From Caecitellus pseudoparvulus (taxonomy: Eukaryota > Protista > Bigyra: Bicosoecida): 64,000 bases of DNA. The stretch lies in the NCBI GenBank assembly GCA_965644315.1, contig CBFFRQ010000066.1, positions 1 through 64,000 of the forward strand, written 5' to 3'. Numbering within the stretch: the stretch's first letter is position 1; the number at the start of each line of letters is the position of its first letter. The position numbers and the translations under genes were made by a program. Shown here piece by piece: positions 45,696 to 55,383 of the stretch. The notes below the pieces were generated by a model that searched no databases, was not told the DNA's origin, and was given only the letters and a program-made list of their open reading frames with translations.

Positions 45696-48355
45696 ATGGC
45701 AGCGGCCAAGGGAGCGGCGAGCGCCGGCTCGCCAGCCTACTTCGACAACCGTCGGGGCGAGGTGGAGCAGATGAAGACGCTGCTGCGCAAGGCCATGTCC
45801 AGCCGCACGACGGGCCAGCGGAAGGACGTCATCAAGAAGGTCATCGCCTACATGACCATGGGCATTGACGTGTCCCTGCTCTTCTCAGACATGGTCATGG
45901 TGCGTGTGCCAGGCGCAGTGTTGGGGTGTCCTAAGCCTTCGCACCCCTGCCCAGGCTTTGCTGCGCTGCCCTGGCATGGCACGGCCCCGCGAGGCTCCTG
46001 TGTGCCAGGCGGGGTGCGGCAGTGCACCAGCTCACCCTGCCGCACGCGCGCCCTCGCCCGCCCCTCGCAGGCTGCCAACACGACCGACTTGGTGATTAAG
46101 AAGATGGTGTACTTGTACCTATGCACCTACGCGCAGCAGAAGCCTGACCTGACGCTGCTCACCATCAACACGCTGCACACGGACTGGTGCGTGCACAGCG
46201 CGGAAGCGCGCTGTGGCCTGCCGCACTGCGCCCCCCCCGCCGCGCCGCGCGCAGCCAAGACACAGACCCCATGGTGCGAGGGCTGGCCCTGCGGTCCCTC
46301 TGCTCGCTGCGCCTGCCTGGCATCATCGAGTACGTCATGACGCCCCTGCGGTCCAGCCTGGCTGACTCGTCCTCGTACGTGCGCAAGACGGGCGTGCTGG
46401 GCATCGCCAAGGTGCACCGCCTGTCCCCCGAGGCCATCTCCTCCACCTCCTTCGTGGACCAGCTGTACAACCTGCTGCGCGACCGCGACACGGGCGTCGT
46501 CACCAACGTCATCGTGGCGCTGCAGGAGATCCTGCGCTCCGAGGGTGGCATGGCCGTGAACCAGCCCATCATCCACCACCTCCTCACCCGCATCAAGGAC
46601 TTCTCCGAGTGGGGCCAGTGCCAGGTCCTGGACCTTGTCGCACGGTACAAGCCCGAGAACGACACAGAGCTGTTCGGCATCATGAACTTGCTGGACCCGT
46701 GCCTGAAGGCCTCCAACGCGGCAGTCGTGCTGGCCACCACCAAGTGCTTCATCACCTTCACACAGGCCCTCCCAGACATCCAGCAGCAGGTGTTCATGCG
46801 GCTGAAGACGCCCCTCCTGACGCTGGTGGGCACGGCCACCCAGGAGACGGGCTTCGTCGTCCTCAAGCACGTCGAGAGCATTGTCAGCCGCGCGCCGGGC
46901 GTCTTCAACTCCGAGTACAAGCAGTTCTTCTGCAGGTACTCGGAACCCACCAGCGCCCAGAGCATCAAGCTGCGCATCCTGCCTGCAGTGGCCGACACGG
47001 ACAACTTCGGGGACATCGTCTCGGAGCTGTCCGAGTACATCGGCGGCGTGGACTCGGACGTCGCCGCCCAGGCAGTGGTGGCGGTCGGCAACATCGCCCT
47101 CAACGTGCCTGCCGCAGTGGACACCGCCATCGCCACCCTGCTGGAGGTGCTGGACCTGGACATGGAGGCGGACTGGGTGCTGTCCCAGACGACCATGGTC
47201 ATGCAGTCCCTCCTGCGCCGGTACCCCGCCCGCGCCAGCTCCGTCATCCCCTCCCTGCACAAGGCCCTGCGGCAGGTGACGGACCCGGATGGCCGCTCCG
47301 CCGTCGTGTGGATGCTGGGGGAGTACGGTGAGATCCTGGACGACGCGCCGTACCTGCTGGAGGAGCTGGTGGAGGAGGTGGCCGACGGCACGGTGGAGGT
47401 GGAGGTGCCCGTCAAGTTGGAGCTGCTCACATCCACTCTGAAGCTCTTCTTCAAGCGGCCGCCAGAGGTGAAGCCTGCCCTGGGCAAGCTGCTCTCCACC
47501 GTGCTGGAGGCGGAGGAGGAGGACGCCGCTGTGCGGGACAGGGCCCTCCTGTACTACCGCCTGCTATCCACCGACCGGGCAGCGGCGGCAAGCATGGTGG
47601 GCGCCTCCGAACGCAAGGAGCCCCTGGGCGCCTTCATGCCAGACCTGTCCCTCGCCGTCACTGCCGTCATCTTCTCCGAGTTCGACTCCCTCTCCATCAT
47701 GTACGACAAGCCCAGCAGTGAGTTCATCGGTGACAAATTCCGCACCCCCGCTGCCTCGGGCGGCGGCGGCGGCGGCGCTGCCACCACTGCAGGCGCCCCT
47801 GCGCCCCAGGCAGGCCACGCACCCCCTGCAGGGGGGCTGGACGACCTGGATGACTTGCTGGGAGGGGGCACTGCGCCGCCCCCCGCCCCCACCTCCAGCG
47901 TGGACGACCTGGATGACTTGCTGGGAGGAGGCGGCACGCCCAGTGCAGCGGCACCCGCCAGCCCTGCCCCCACCTCTGCCGACTCGTGGGCCCTGCAGGC
48001 TGGCGCCAGCATGGACCCACCCACCTTCAAGAGCAAGTGGTCCACCTTGCCGGACAGCGCCCAGGCCACCTTCGGCGTGGCGCCGCCCACCCCCATCACC
48101 ATGGACAGCCTCAGGGAGGCGCTGGTTGCTGCCAACATGGCCGTCGTGGCCACAGGCATGGCAGGCACGGCGCTGAAGGTGTTTGTGGCTGGGGTGGAGG
48201 CTGGCGGGGGAGCAGTGCACGTGGCCCAAGTGCAGATCGCAGCCGGCACCAGCGCCGACGGCATCGCCATCACCATCAAGAGCGAGCCTGGTGGCGACGT
48301 GCCAGCCTTCGCCACAGCCCTGCGTGCCAGCCTGCTTCCCTTGGGCCTGCAGTGA
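45696..48355 (+). CDS. AP4B1: Adaptor complex beta subunit, AP-4 beta type
   Basis: Introns 45900-46070 and 46187-46254. Motifs [22 protein letters not shown] and [25 protein letters not shown], then a hinge and a C-terminal appendage platform. Confidence 0.85.
47838..47928 (+). repeat. Perfect 28-nt direct repeat encoding two DDLDDLLGG motifs in the adaptin hinge
   Basis: tggacgacctggatgacttgctgggagg at 47838-47865 and 47901-47928. Confidence 0.9.
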
Positions 48356-48513
48356 GGGCAGTGCGTGTGGGGGGGGGGGCGGGGCATTGGCCCCCGCCCC
48401 ATCAAATGCAACAACCTCAAACACACCGGGGAGTGGAGCCCGCACCGCAGGGAGACCCATTCCTCACCGCCGCGCCCACGCCGTGTGCTTCGGGCCCGCC
48501 TGCTCCCGCCAGC

Positions 48514-51500
48514 ATGTCGTCGGCTGCGCCAGGCGGCAGCTCCTCGGCTGCTGCAGCAGCTGGACTGAACACTGGCGGCCGCGTCAGCCGCCAGCGCACG
48601 GAGAAGTTCTGGAAACAGACCAGCCCCCGACGGGGGTCGTACTGGGGGGCCTACTCAGGCGACTCCATGCAGCGCAACGTCACCAGCGGCAGTGCAAGCA
48701 GCCGGCGTGGTGGCAGTGCCGCTGCGACACCAACCCGGCAAGGCTCCCGTCGACGCGGGCAGGCAGGCGCTCCAGGGCCTGCTCCTGCCGCCGCTGGCAC
48801 GCCCACGCGCCGGGCTGGGGGTGGTGCTCGCATTGTGCATGCAGGCGGGTATGCTCGGCCAGCACCAGCCCCTGAATCGCCGCCGCCTTCGCCGACTGCT
48901 TCAGCACATGACGAGGAGCCAGAGCCTCAACCTGCAGCAGCACCGCCCCAGCCCAGCAACGCCCCCGACGAGTTGGAGCTGAAGTTGACCCAGGAATTGA
49001 AGGAGTTGAAAGCCGAGCTGGACGCGCTGGAACGCACGCAGTCGGTGAGTGTCGCCACGCCCCGTCGCCCTTGCAGTGATTGCAGCGGAAAGCAAGGCAC
49101 GCTCGAGCTGCCTGCCACACGGCACGCCACGCGGCCCCCCCACACACACCCTGCACGCTGCCACCCTCTCTCAGACACTGCGTCAAGCCAATGCGGATGG
49201 GCAGGAACAGCTCAGCTCCGCGCTGCGGGTGAAGCAGCGTGTGCAGGTGAGCTCGCCACCCAGCGTCGCAGCGGCCAGCTGCACTTCCCACCTGCACCCC
49301 TGGCATATGCCCGCCCACCCTGCGCAGGACCGCATCAGCAGCATGGACGACGATGCAGCTGCCAAGCGCACGCGCCTGGGCGAGGTGCGCCGGCTCATCA
49401 AGGAAAAGCAAGCCGCCGTCACCGACGCCCTCATCGTGCGTGGTGCTGGTGTGGCACGCCAACCCCGCCGCACGTGCACGGTGCCTCGCTGCCCCCGCCG
49501 CAGGAACGCGATGCAGGGCAGGCAGCCGTGAGCATGGCCCAGCGGGACCTGGAGGCCGCCCGCCACGCCCGGGCGGTGGCCAAGGACCAGGGCCAGGAGC
49601 GCCTCACGTACTCAGAGATCTCCATCAACAACGCAGAGCGCTTGAGCCTGGAGGCGGTGACGCGGGCGCAGGAGGCCCTGCGCGCCGCCCAGGAGCGCGT
49701 GGCGTCTCTCAAGTCCCAGATCGCCGCACTCAGCATGGGGCGCTCCCTGGCGGAGCATCAGGAGGACATCAGCGTCATGGCGCAGAGCCTGGAGCTGGTG
49801 GACGCGGGGGGCGTGACCCTGCTCAAGCGCCGCCTGCGCGCCCGCCAGGACGGCGCGGTGAAGTCCGTCGCAGCGACGCGTGCAGAGATCACCCGCGTCA
49901 CAGCGCAACGCATGGAGGCGGCCAAGGGCGGCCGCCGCATGCGCCTGCACGCCAACACCATGCGGGAGGCGCTGGACCTGCTCATGGCCGCGATCAAAGA
50001 TCGCTCCGTCACCCCCGAACTCATCGCCATGACCCGCGCCGCGCTCACCATGGAGTTCCCTGACGACCCCATCCCCGAGGAGTCTGCCCCAGCCCTGGAG
50101 AATGCGCCCGGGTCCCCCCCCGGCGGCGGGGGCGGCAGCGGCAGCGGCAGCGGCGGCCTCATCTCAGGCATGACCATCAAGTCCGGCGCCTCGGACGCCT
50201 CCCGCATCCTGCCGCCCAGCATCGGCGAGCAGGAGGCCGCCACCCGCAGCATCATGGCCGCCTCCGCCTCCTCTGGCGGCATGGCGCTGCTGGCAGGCAA
50301 GTCCATGGACGAGGGCGCGCTGCAGCTGGCCCTGGCGTCCGGCGGCGCCGGCGGCAGCGGCCGCGGCATCAAGTCTGCAGGCCTGGGTGGACGAGACACC
50401 GGCGCGCCCCCCACAGCCAAGGGCATCATCCTGCGGGACGGCAACATGGCAGGGAAGGGCAAGCTGTCCCGCGGGTACGACCTGGGTTTCCAGGCCTCCC
50501 AGACTGAGGAATACGAGGGCACGGAGGCCGCCCTGGCCGTGGCGAGGGGCGGCACCAGTGCCAGTGCACGGGGCCGCCAGGGCGCAGGCACCAACTCCGC
50601 CAAGCGCATGTCCTTCTTCGGGACGTTCTCGGGGACAGAGCGGGTGCACAGTGCGGCGGCCTCTGCGGCTGCGGCGGAGGCGCGGCGGCAGCACATGGAG
50701 CGGCAGCAGGCCGTGCTGGACGCCGCCAACGCAGGGAAGGGTGCGCCACCCCCACCAAGCTCTGGCGTGAGCCCGGCCCGGGCCAGGTCACCCCCCCCTG
50801 CACCCCCCACTCGAGCCGCCATGGGCACTCCGCCCATTCAGGAGGACCAAGGGTATGACGAGGAGGAGGAGGAGGAGGGCGGTGGTGGGTGGGGCGAGAG
50901 CCCCCCTGCAGCGCGCACGGGGGCCGACCAGGCCAACCTCAAGTCGCGCATGACCCGCAAGGCCCGTGGCAGCATGCTGCGGGACGGGGGTTCTTGGGGA
51001 AAGTTCCGGGAAGAGGCCAAGGCCCGCCACGCCCGCAGCAAGGCACGCAAGGAGCGCGGCCAGGCGTCGGCCCGCAAGGAGTCGTCGCCCCGCACACGCG
51101 GCTCCACCAGCCTGGTGGCGGAGTACATCAAGGCCCCTCCTGGCGTGGCGCCCCGACGCAGCATCAGCCAGGCCACCCTCACCCACGCCCAGCTGCGGGA
51201 AGCGCTGGAGGAGGGGGGGTCCCCACCCTCCGCTCGCTCCCGCTCCCGCGGCAAGGCCCCTGGCTCCCGGCAGAAGGGGGGGGGGCGGGGCTCCCCCGGT
51301 CCGTCACGAGGGGGGGCCCATCGCTCCAGTGACGCCCCCCCCCTCGTCGAGGCGGTGCCCACCCCTGGCCAACTAGGCCCCGCCATCCAAGAGGAGGAGG
51401 GTGACTCCTCTGACGCCTCCTCCCCAGGCGGCGGGGGTGGTGCCCCCCCCCCTTCCTCCTCCCCCAAGGGCAAGCCCACCCCGGGCTTCGGGCGAGGGCC

Positions 51501-53112
51501 GTCCTCCCCCCCTCCCACTGGCGTGGGCCGTGTCACCAAGATCAGGCGCCAGTCACGCCTGCTGAAGCCGACGCGCTCCACGACCGCCAAGGAGGTGCCC
51601 ATGTCACCCGTGTCGCCTGAGGCACCGGCGCCGGCGGGTGCCTCCCCCTCTGGCAGCACACAGCAGGCACCTGAGGCTGGGGATGCACCTGCTCCCTCCA
51701 CTCCAGGTGCGGCACGGGGCTCCCCCCGTCGGGGGCGTAGGGAGGGGGCCTCCGGCACCCCCCTCAGCTCCACGTCACCCCCCCCTGCCAAGTGGAACGC
51801 CAGCACCAACCCCTCCAGCGTGGCCAAGCGCAAGGCCGCCTCTGCCGCTGCCGCCGCAGCTGCCCAGGGCGAGGATTCCGCGAAGGCGGAGGAGGAGCGT
51901 CGCGCCGCAGCCCGCCGTGCCGCCCAGGCAGTGGCTGCCCAAGTGCAGCGCGCCGAGGCAGCCAAGCAGCGTCGGGAGGCGGCACGACAGCCCGCCTCGG
52001 CGCAGGTGTGGGCGGACGCCGCCGTGCCTGGCTTCAGCCCTGTGGCGGCCCCCAGTGACGGGCGCAGCGTGGGGCGTGTGCGAGACACGTCTGGGGGACA
52101 GGCTCCCCGCCCCCTGCATGAGGGCGAAGAGGTGGACCCACACAGCCACTGGTCCCCACGCTACGCCGCCTCCCTGCGAGGGGAGACGTCGGGGGCCCCC
52201 TCCTCCCCCCGCCGCCTGCCCCGGGGTGTGGTGGCTTCCGAGGCTGGCAGCGAGTGGGAGCTGGATGGGGGGTCCGGGCGGATGCCCCCCCCCTCTGCCG
52301 GCCTGCAGGGGGGGTCCCCCTCTGGCCTGGGCGAGCGCGAGTGGAATCCCTACTTCCACACCCGCGGCCCGGGCGCCGTGAACAAGAGCACACGCTTCCA
52401 GTACGACAAGGCCCTGCACGAGCCGGACCCCACCCCCGAGATGGGGCCCACCCTGGCCTCCAAGGTGTCCGGCACCCACATGGAGGCGTACATCCTGGAT
52501 GCCAAGGCGGCCCGCAAGGGGTCTCCCGGGTCCACCCTGTCCTCCGTGGCGGGGTACCTGCCCGACAACCTGGGGGAGGCGCCTGCCTCCGCCACCTCCA
52601 TGGTGTCCGACGAGCGCTCCGTGCCGCTGCTGCAGCCGGCGCCAGGTGCTGGCAGCATGGCCAGTTCAGGGGGGTCCCTCCTGGAACAGCTGGCATCCGG
52701 CAGCATCCCGCCTGGGCTGCTGGGGGGGGAGGACTCGGATGAGGAGGCCAGCGAGGGTGCCGCCTCTGCCCCGCCGCCCACGGAAGGCAGTCCCGACGCT
52801 TCCCGAGCACGGGAGGGGGGGCTGACCCCCCCTCAGGGCGAACAGGCACCCCCCCCCGCGCCAAGCGGCGCCCCCGGACGCCCCCTGCCCCCACCAGGCG
52901 CAGTGGCCTCCCCCACCTCGCAAGGGCCGCCGCCTCGCGGCCCCCGTGGCAGCCCCAGCAGGCCCGCACCCACCGCCCCGCCTCCAGGCGTGTCGGCGCC
53001 GGCAGGGACCAGCGCGTCGCCCCGCGGCCCACCCCCTGGCGCGGCACGCCCCCCCCCCACGGCCCTCCCCGCCCTCCACCTAGTTCGCACGCGCACACTT
53101 CCAATGCAGTGA
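48514..53112 (+). CDS. Large coiled-coil and Pro/Ser/Gly-rich hypothetical protein
   Basis: ATG at 48514. Three phase-0 introns (49045-49174, 49247-49327, 49436-49503) give a continuous coiled coil, followed by a long low-complexity tail. Confidence 0.65.
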   Translation: MSSAAPGGSSSAAAAAGLNTGGRVSRQRTEKFWKQTSPRRGSYWGAYSGDSMQRNVTSGSASSRRGGSAAATPTRQGSRRRGQAGAPGPAPAAAGTPTRRAGGGARIVHAGGYARPAPAPESPPPSPTASAHDEEPEPQPAAAPPQPSNAPDELELKLTQELKELKAELDALERTQSVSVATPRRPCSDCSGKQGTLELPATRHATRPPHTHPARCHPLSDTASSQCGWAGTAQLRAAGEAACAGELATQRRSGQLHFPPAPLAYARPPCAGPHQQHGRRCSCQAHAPGRGAPAHQGKASRRHRRPHRAWCWCGTPTPPHVHGASLPPPQERDAGQAAVSMAQRDLEAARHARAVAKDQGQERLTYSEISINNAERLSLEAVTRAQEALRAAQERVASLKSQIAALSMGRSLAEHQEDISVMAQSLELVDAGGVTLLKRRLRARQDGAVKSVAATRAEITRVTAQRMEAAKGGRRMRLHANTMREALDLLMAAIKDRSVTPELIAMTRAALTMEFPDDPIPEESAPALENAPGSPPGGGGGSGSGSGGLISGMTIKSGASDASRILPPSIGEQEAATRSIMAASASSGGMALLAGKSMDEGALQLALASGGAGGSGRGIKSAGLGGRDTGAPPTAKGIILRDGNMAGKGKLSRGYDLGFQASQTEEYEGTEAALAVARGGTSASARGRQGAGTNSAKRMSFFGTFSGTERVHSAAASAAAAEARRQHMERQQAVLDAANAGKGAPPPPSSGVSPARARSPPPAPPTRAAMGTPPIQEDQGYDEEEEEEGGGGWGESPPAARTGADQANLKSRMTRKARGSMLRDGGSWGKFREEAKARHARSKARKERGQASARKESSPRTRGSTSLVAEYIKAPPGVAPRRSISQATLTHAQLREALEEGGSPPSARSRSRGKAPGSRQKGGGRGSPGPSRGGAHRSSDAPPLVEAVPTPGQLGPAIQEEEGDSSDASSPGGGGGAPPPSSSPKGKPTPGFGRGPSSPPPTGVGRVTKIRRQSRLLKPTRSTTAKEVPMSPVSPEAPAPAGASPSGSTQQAPEAGDAPAPSTPGAARGSPRRGRREGASGTPLSSTSPPPAKWNASTNPSSVAKRKAASAAAAAAAQGEDSAKAEEERRAAARRAAQAVAAQVQRAEAAKQRREAARQPASAQVWADAAVPGFSPVAAPSDGRSVGRVRDTSGGQAPRPLHEGEEVDPHSHWSPRYAASLRGETSGAPSSPRRLPRGVVASEAGSEWELDGGSGRMPPPSAGLQGGSPSGLGEREWNPYFHTRGPGAVNKSTRFQYDKALHEPDPTPEMGPTLASKVSGTHMEAYILDAKAARKGSPGSTLSSVAGYLPDNLGEAPASATSMVSDERSVPLLQPAPGAGSMASSGGSLLEQLASGSIPPGLLGGEDSDEEASEGAASAPPPTEGSPDASRAREGGLTPPQGEQAPPPAPSGAPGRPLPPPGAVASPTSQGPPPRGPRGSPSRPAPTAPPPGVSAPAGTSASPRGPPPGAARPPPTALPALHLVRTRTLPMQ

Positions 53113-53200
53113 CTGTGGCCCCCCGCCCCCTCCGCGTGTGTGCCGAGCTGTGTTGCCAAGGGGTCGCCGGCTGCTGCCCCAGCCACAGCGCAGCGCCACG

Positions 53201-54058
53201 ATGAAGGTCGTCTTTGCACCAGGCAGCACGAGCGTGCCGGAAGACTGCACGCTGGTGCTGCCTGGCGTCAGCGTGGGCAACGTCGGGCAGCAGGCTGTGG
53301 ACCTGGTGGTGCAGACGCTGCGAGAGCGTGCAGGGGAGGACGCCGTCGTGCGGCTGGGCGACGTGACCAGCCCCTGCCTGCGAGCGCTGGCTGGCGCCGA
53401 CGTGTTCAAAGGAGAACACGGCACCATCCACACGGCCGCGACCCTGTACCATGTCCCATCAGCCAAGCTGTTGCTGCTGCAGCAGCGCGCCCTCGTGCAC
53501 GAGGGCTTCGAGGAGGCCTTCGCAGTGGAGGTGGCAGAGTTTCAAGTCGAAACGCGGTGCGCAGGCTGCGTCGTGCTGGCTGGCACACACGCCTTCATGC
53601 GTGACGACGCCGCCCTCCGTGGTCCCCAAGTAACTCCCGTCATGCTCTTGCCCGAGGGGGTCGTTGAGTCCCCTGTCTTGGCAGGCATGCGAGCTGCCTT
53701 CACCGAGGCATTCACACCGCTGCCCGTCCCTACCACGCCAGCGGGCGACGAAGAGACGCCCGCCGCCATTGCCGTCGCAGGCAAGGCGTTCTCCTCCCTG
53801 TTTGGCGCTGGCCTGGCGGTGCGCCACCTGCGCCGTTCCGCCGCTGCAGGCCTGCCAGCGGCCGCTGTGCTGGTGTATGTGGACGAGGGCACCCACAACG
53901 CAGCAGACGCTGGCGTGGCAGCGGCCGTCCTGCAGGGCATGTTTGCATTGCTGCCGGCCCCGACGTCAGCAGCGGCTGCTGGCGCCACAGGGTGGGTGGC
54001 GCCACCCTCCTGGGATGTGCCCGAGGGCCCCGCGCCCCCCCCTGACTTCTACATTTGA
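53201..54058 (+). CDS. PSMG2: Proteasome assembly chaperone 2 (PAC2 family)
   Basis: LVLPGVSVGNVGQQAVDLVV, LQQR, EG..N..DA and the C-terminal W..P.SW motif. Confidence 0.85.
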   Translation: MKVVFAPGSTSVPEDCTLVLPGVSVGNVGQQAVDLVVQTLRERAGEDAVVRLGDVTSPCLRALAGADVFKGEHGTIHTAATLYHVPSAKLLLLQQRALVHEGFEEAFAVEVAEFQVETRCAGCVVLAGTHAFMRDDAALRGPQVTPVMLLPEGVVESPVLAGMRAAFTEAFTPLPVPTTPAGDEETPAAIAVAGKAFSSLFGAGLAVRHLRRSAAAGLPAAAVLVYVDEGTHNAADAGVAAAVLQGMFALLPAPTSAAAAGATGWVAPPSWDVPEGPAPPPDFYI

Positions 54059-54106
54059 ATGCACACCCACACACGCACGCAGACGAGCGGCCAGGGCGCG
54101 CCGGCC

Positions 54107-55212
54107 TCAGTAGAAGGGCGTGCGTACTTTGTGGTGGGGCTTCAAGGAGTCCTTCGCCTCCTCCCCGCGCTGCCACAGCCACCAGTCCACCTGCACCGCT
54201 GTCAGCTGCACGGGCGTTGCGCCAGCAGCCAGGGCGCCCTTCAACGCCTCCACCGCAAGCACTGTCGCCGCCCGCACCTCCACCTCCTCAGCCCCCCCCG
54301 CAGGCAGTTCCTCTCCACTGTCGATTTTCTGCGCCAAGGCGGCACTGTACTGCAGCACGCCCATGGCACGCAGGATTTGAGGCACGCGGTAGTCAGCGAA
54401 CATGGTCAGCTGGTCCATGTCGTGAAACGCCCACGGAGTCACTGCGTCAGCGCTGCACGTGCGCTGGCCGTAGGCAGCCCACATGTCCGCCACGGCGATT
54501 TGGGCACGCTTGTAGAACGCCACCTGCACGCCCGCGTACGTCGTTTCATCACGAAACCCCGGGAAGTGCGACACCAGCAGGTGCACCAGGCGCACGGCGG
54601 AGCCTTCTGCTGCCGCCACCAACTGTGCAGCACTGCCTCCAAAGTCCCGTTCCAGGACACGCCCCACTTCCACCAGCTTGGCTGCGCGGTGAGCGGCGTC
54701 AGGCAAGTCGTGCGGCGCGAACCAGCTCGCCAGTTTCGGCCCCGTGAGGCTCTGCAACGCCGCCGCATCCAGAGCATGCTGGTCTGCCTCCAGGGCCTTC
54801 TTGATGCCCACGGCCAGCTGCTCGTACTCCATGCCGGTGGTGGAGGGCCAGAAACACCAGTTCAGCGCATCCAGCACCAGCACGTACTGGGCCGTGAGGG
54901 GGCCCCCTGCCGCCGCGTCGGCGGCGTAGTGCCACCCGGCCTCGTCCCACGACACCGTTTCGATGTGCTCCGCAGCCAGACGCTCTGCCGCCTTGGCCAG
55001 GGCGTCCCCGTCCGGCATGGACACGTGCTGTGCTTGAGCCATGATGAACTCTGCGCTGCTTCGAACAAAAGCAGTGGGGGTGGACGTGTCAATGGACCCC
55101 CGGGAACCTGTGGCATCGCATGTAGGTGCAGTGTCCATGGGTGCGCCAGAGCCCCGCGCCGCCCCCGGCACTCACCTTGCTCTGCATCCCCTGCAGCTGC
55201 CGTGGACGCCAT
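54107..55212 (-). CDS. QNG1: Queuosine salvage protein (DUF2419 / C9orf64)
   Basis: Intron 55175-55108. Motifs VLDALNWCFWP, FPGFRDE, FYKRAQIAVAD, LTMFADYRVPQIL, EVEVRAA and PHHKVRTPFY. Confidence 0.95.
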
Positions 55213-55383
55213 GGTGTGAAACGCAGGCGAAACTCGGCAAAGACCCAAGCCGACCAATATACAGCTGCATAACCCAGCTTGCGCAGTGGAAAACAGCACC
55301 TAAACGTGATATGCAGAAGGATCGTAGTGGCGGGAAGTGCGTTGTGCCCAGCATCGCCCGAGCGGGGTGCTCCCGTGCCGCCC

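Noticed and set aside
47986-48513. N-terminal 176 aa of the 1708-aa ORF overlapping AP4B1
   Set aside because: It is out-of-frame read-through of the AP4B1 end and intergenic DNA. The ATG at 48514, after the AATGCA at 48405, is the more plausible start.
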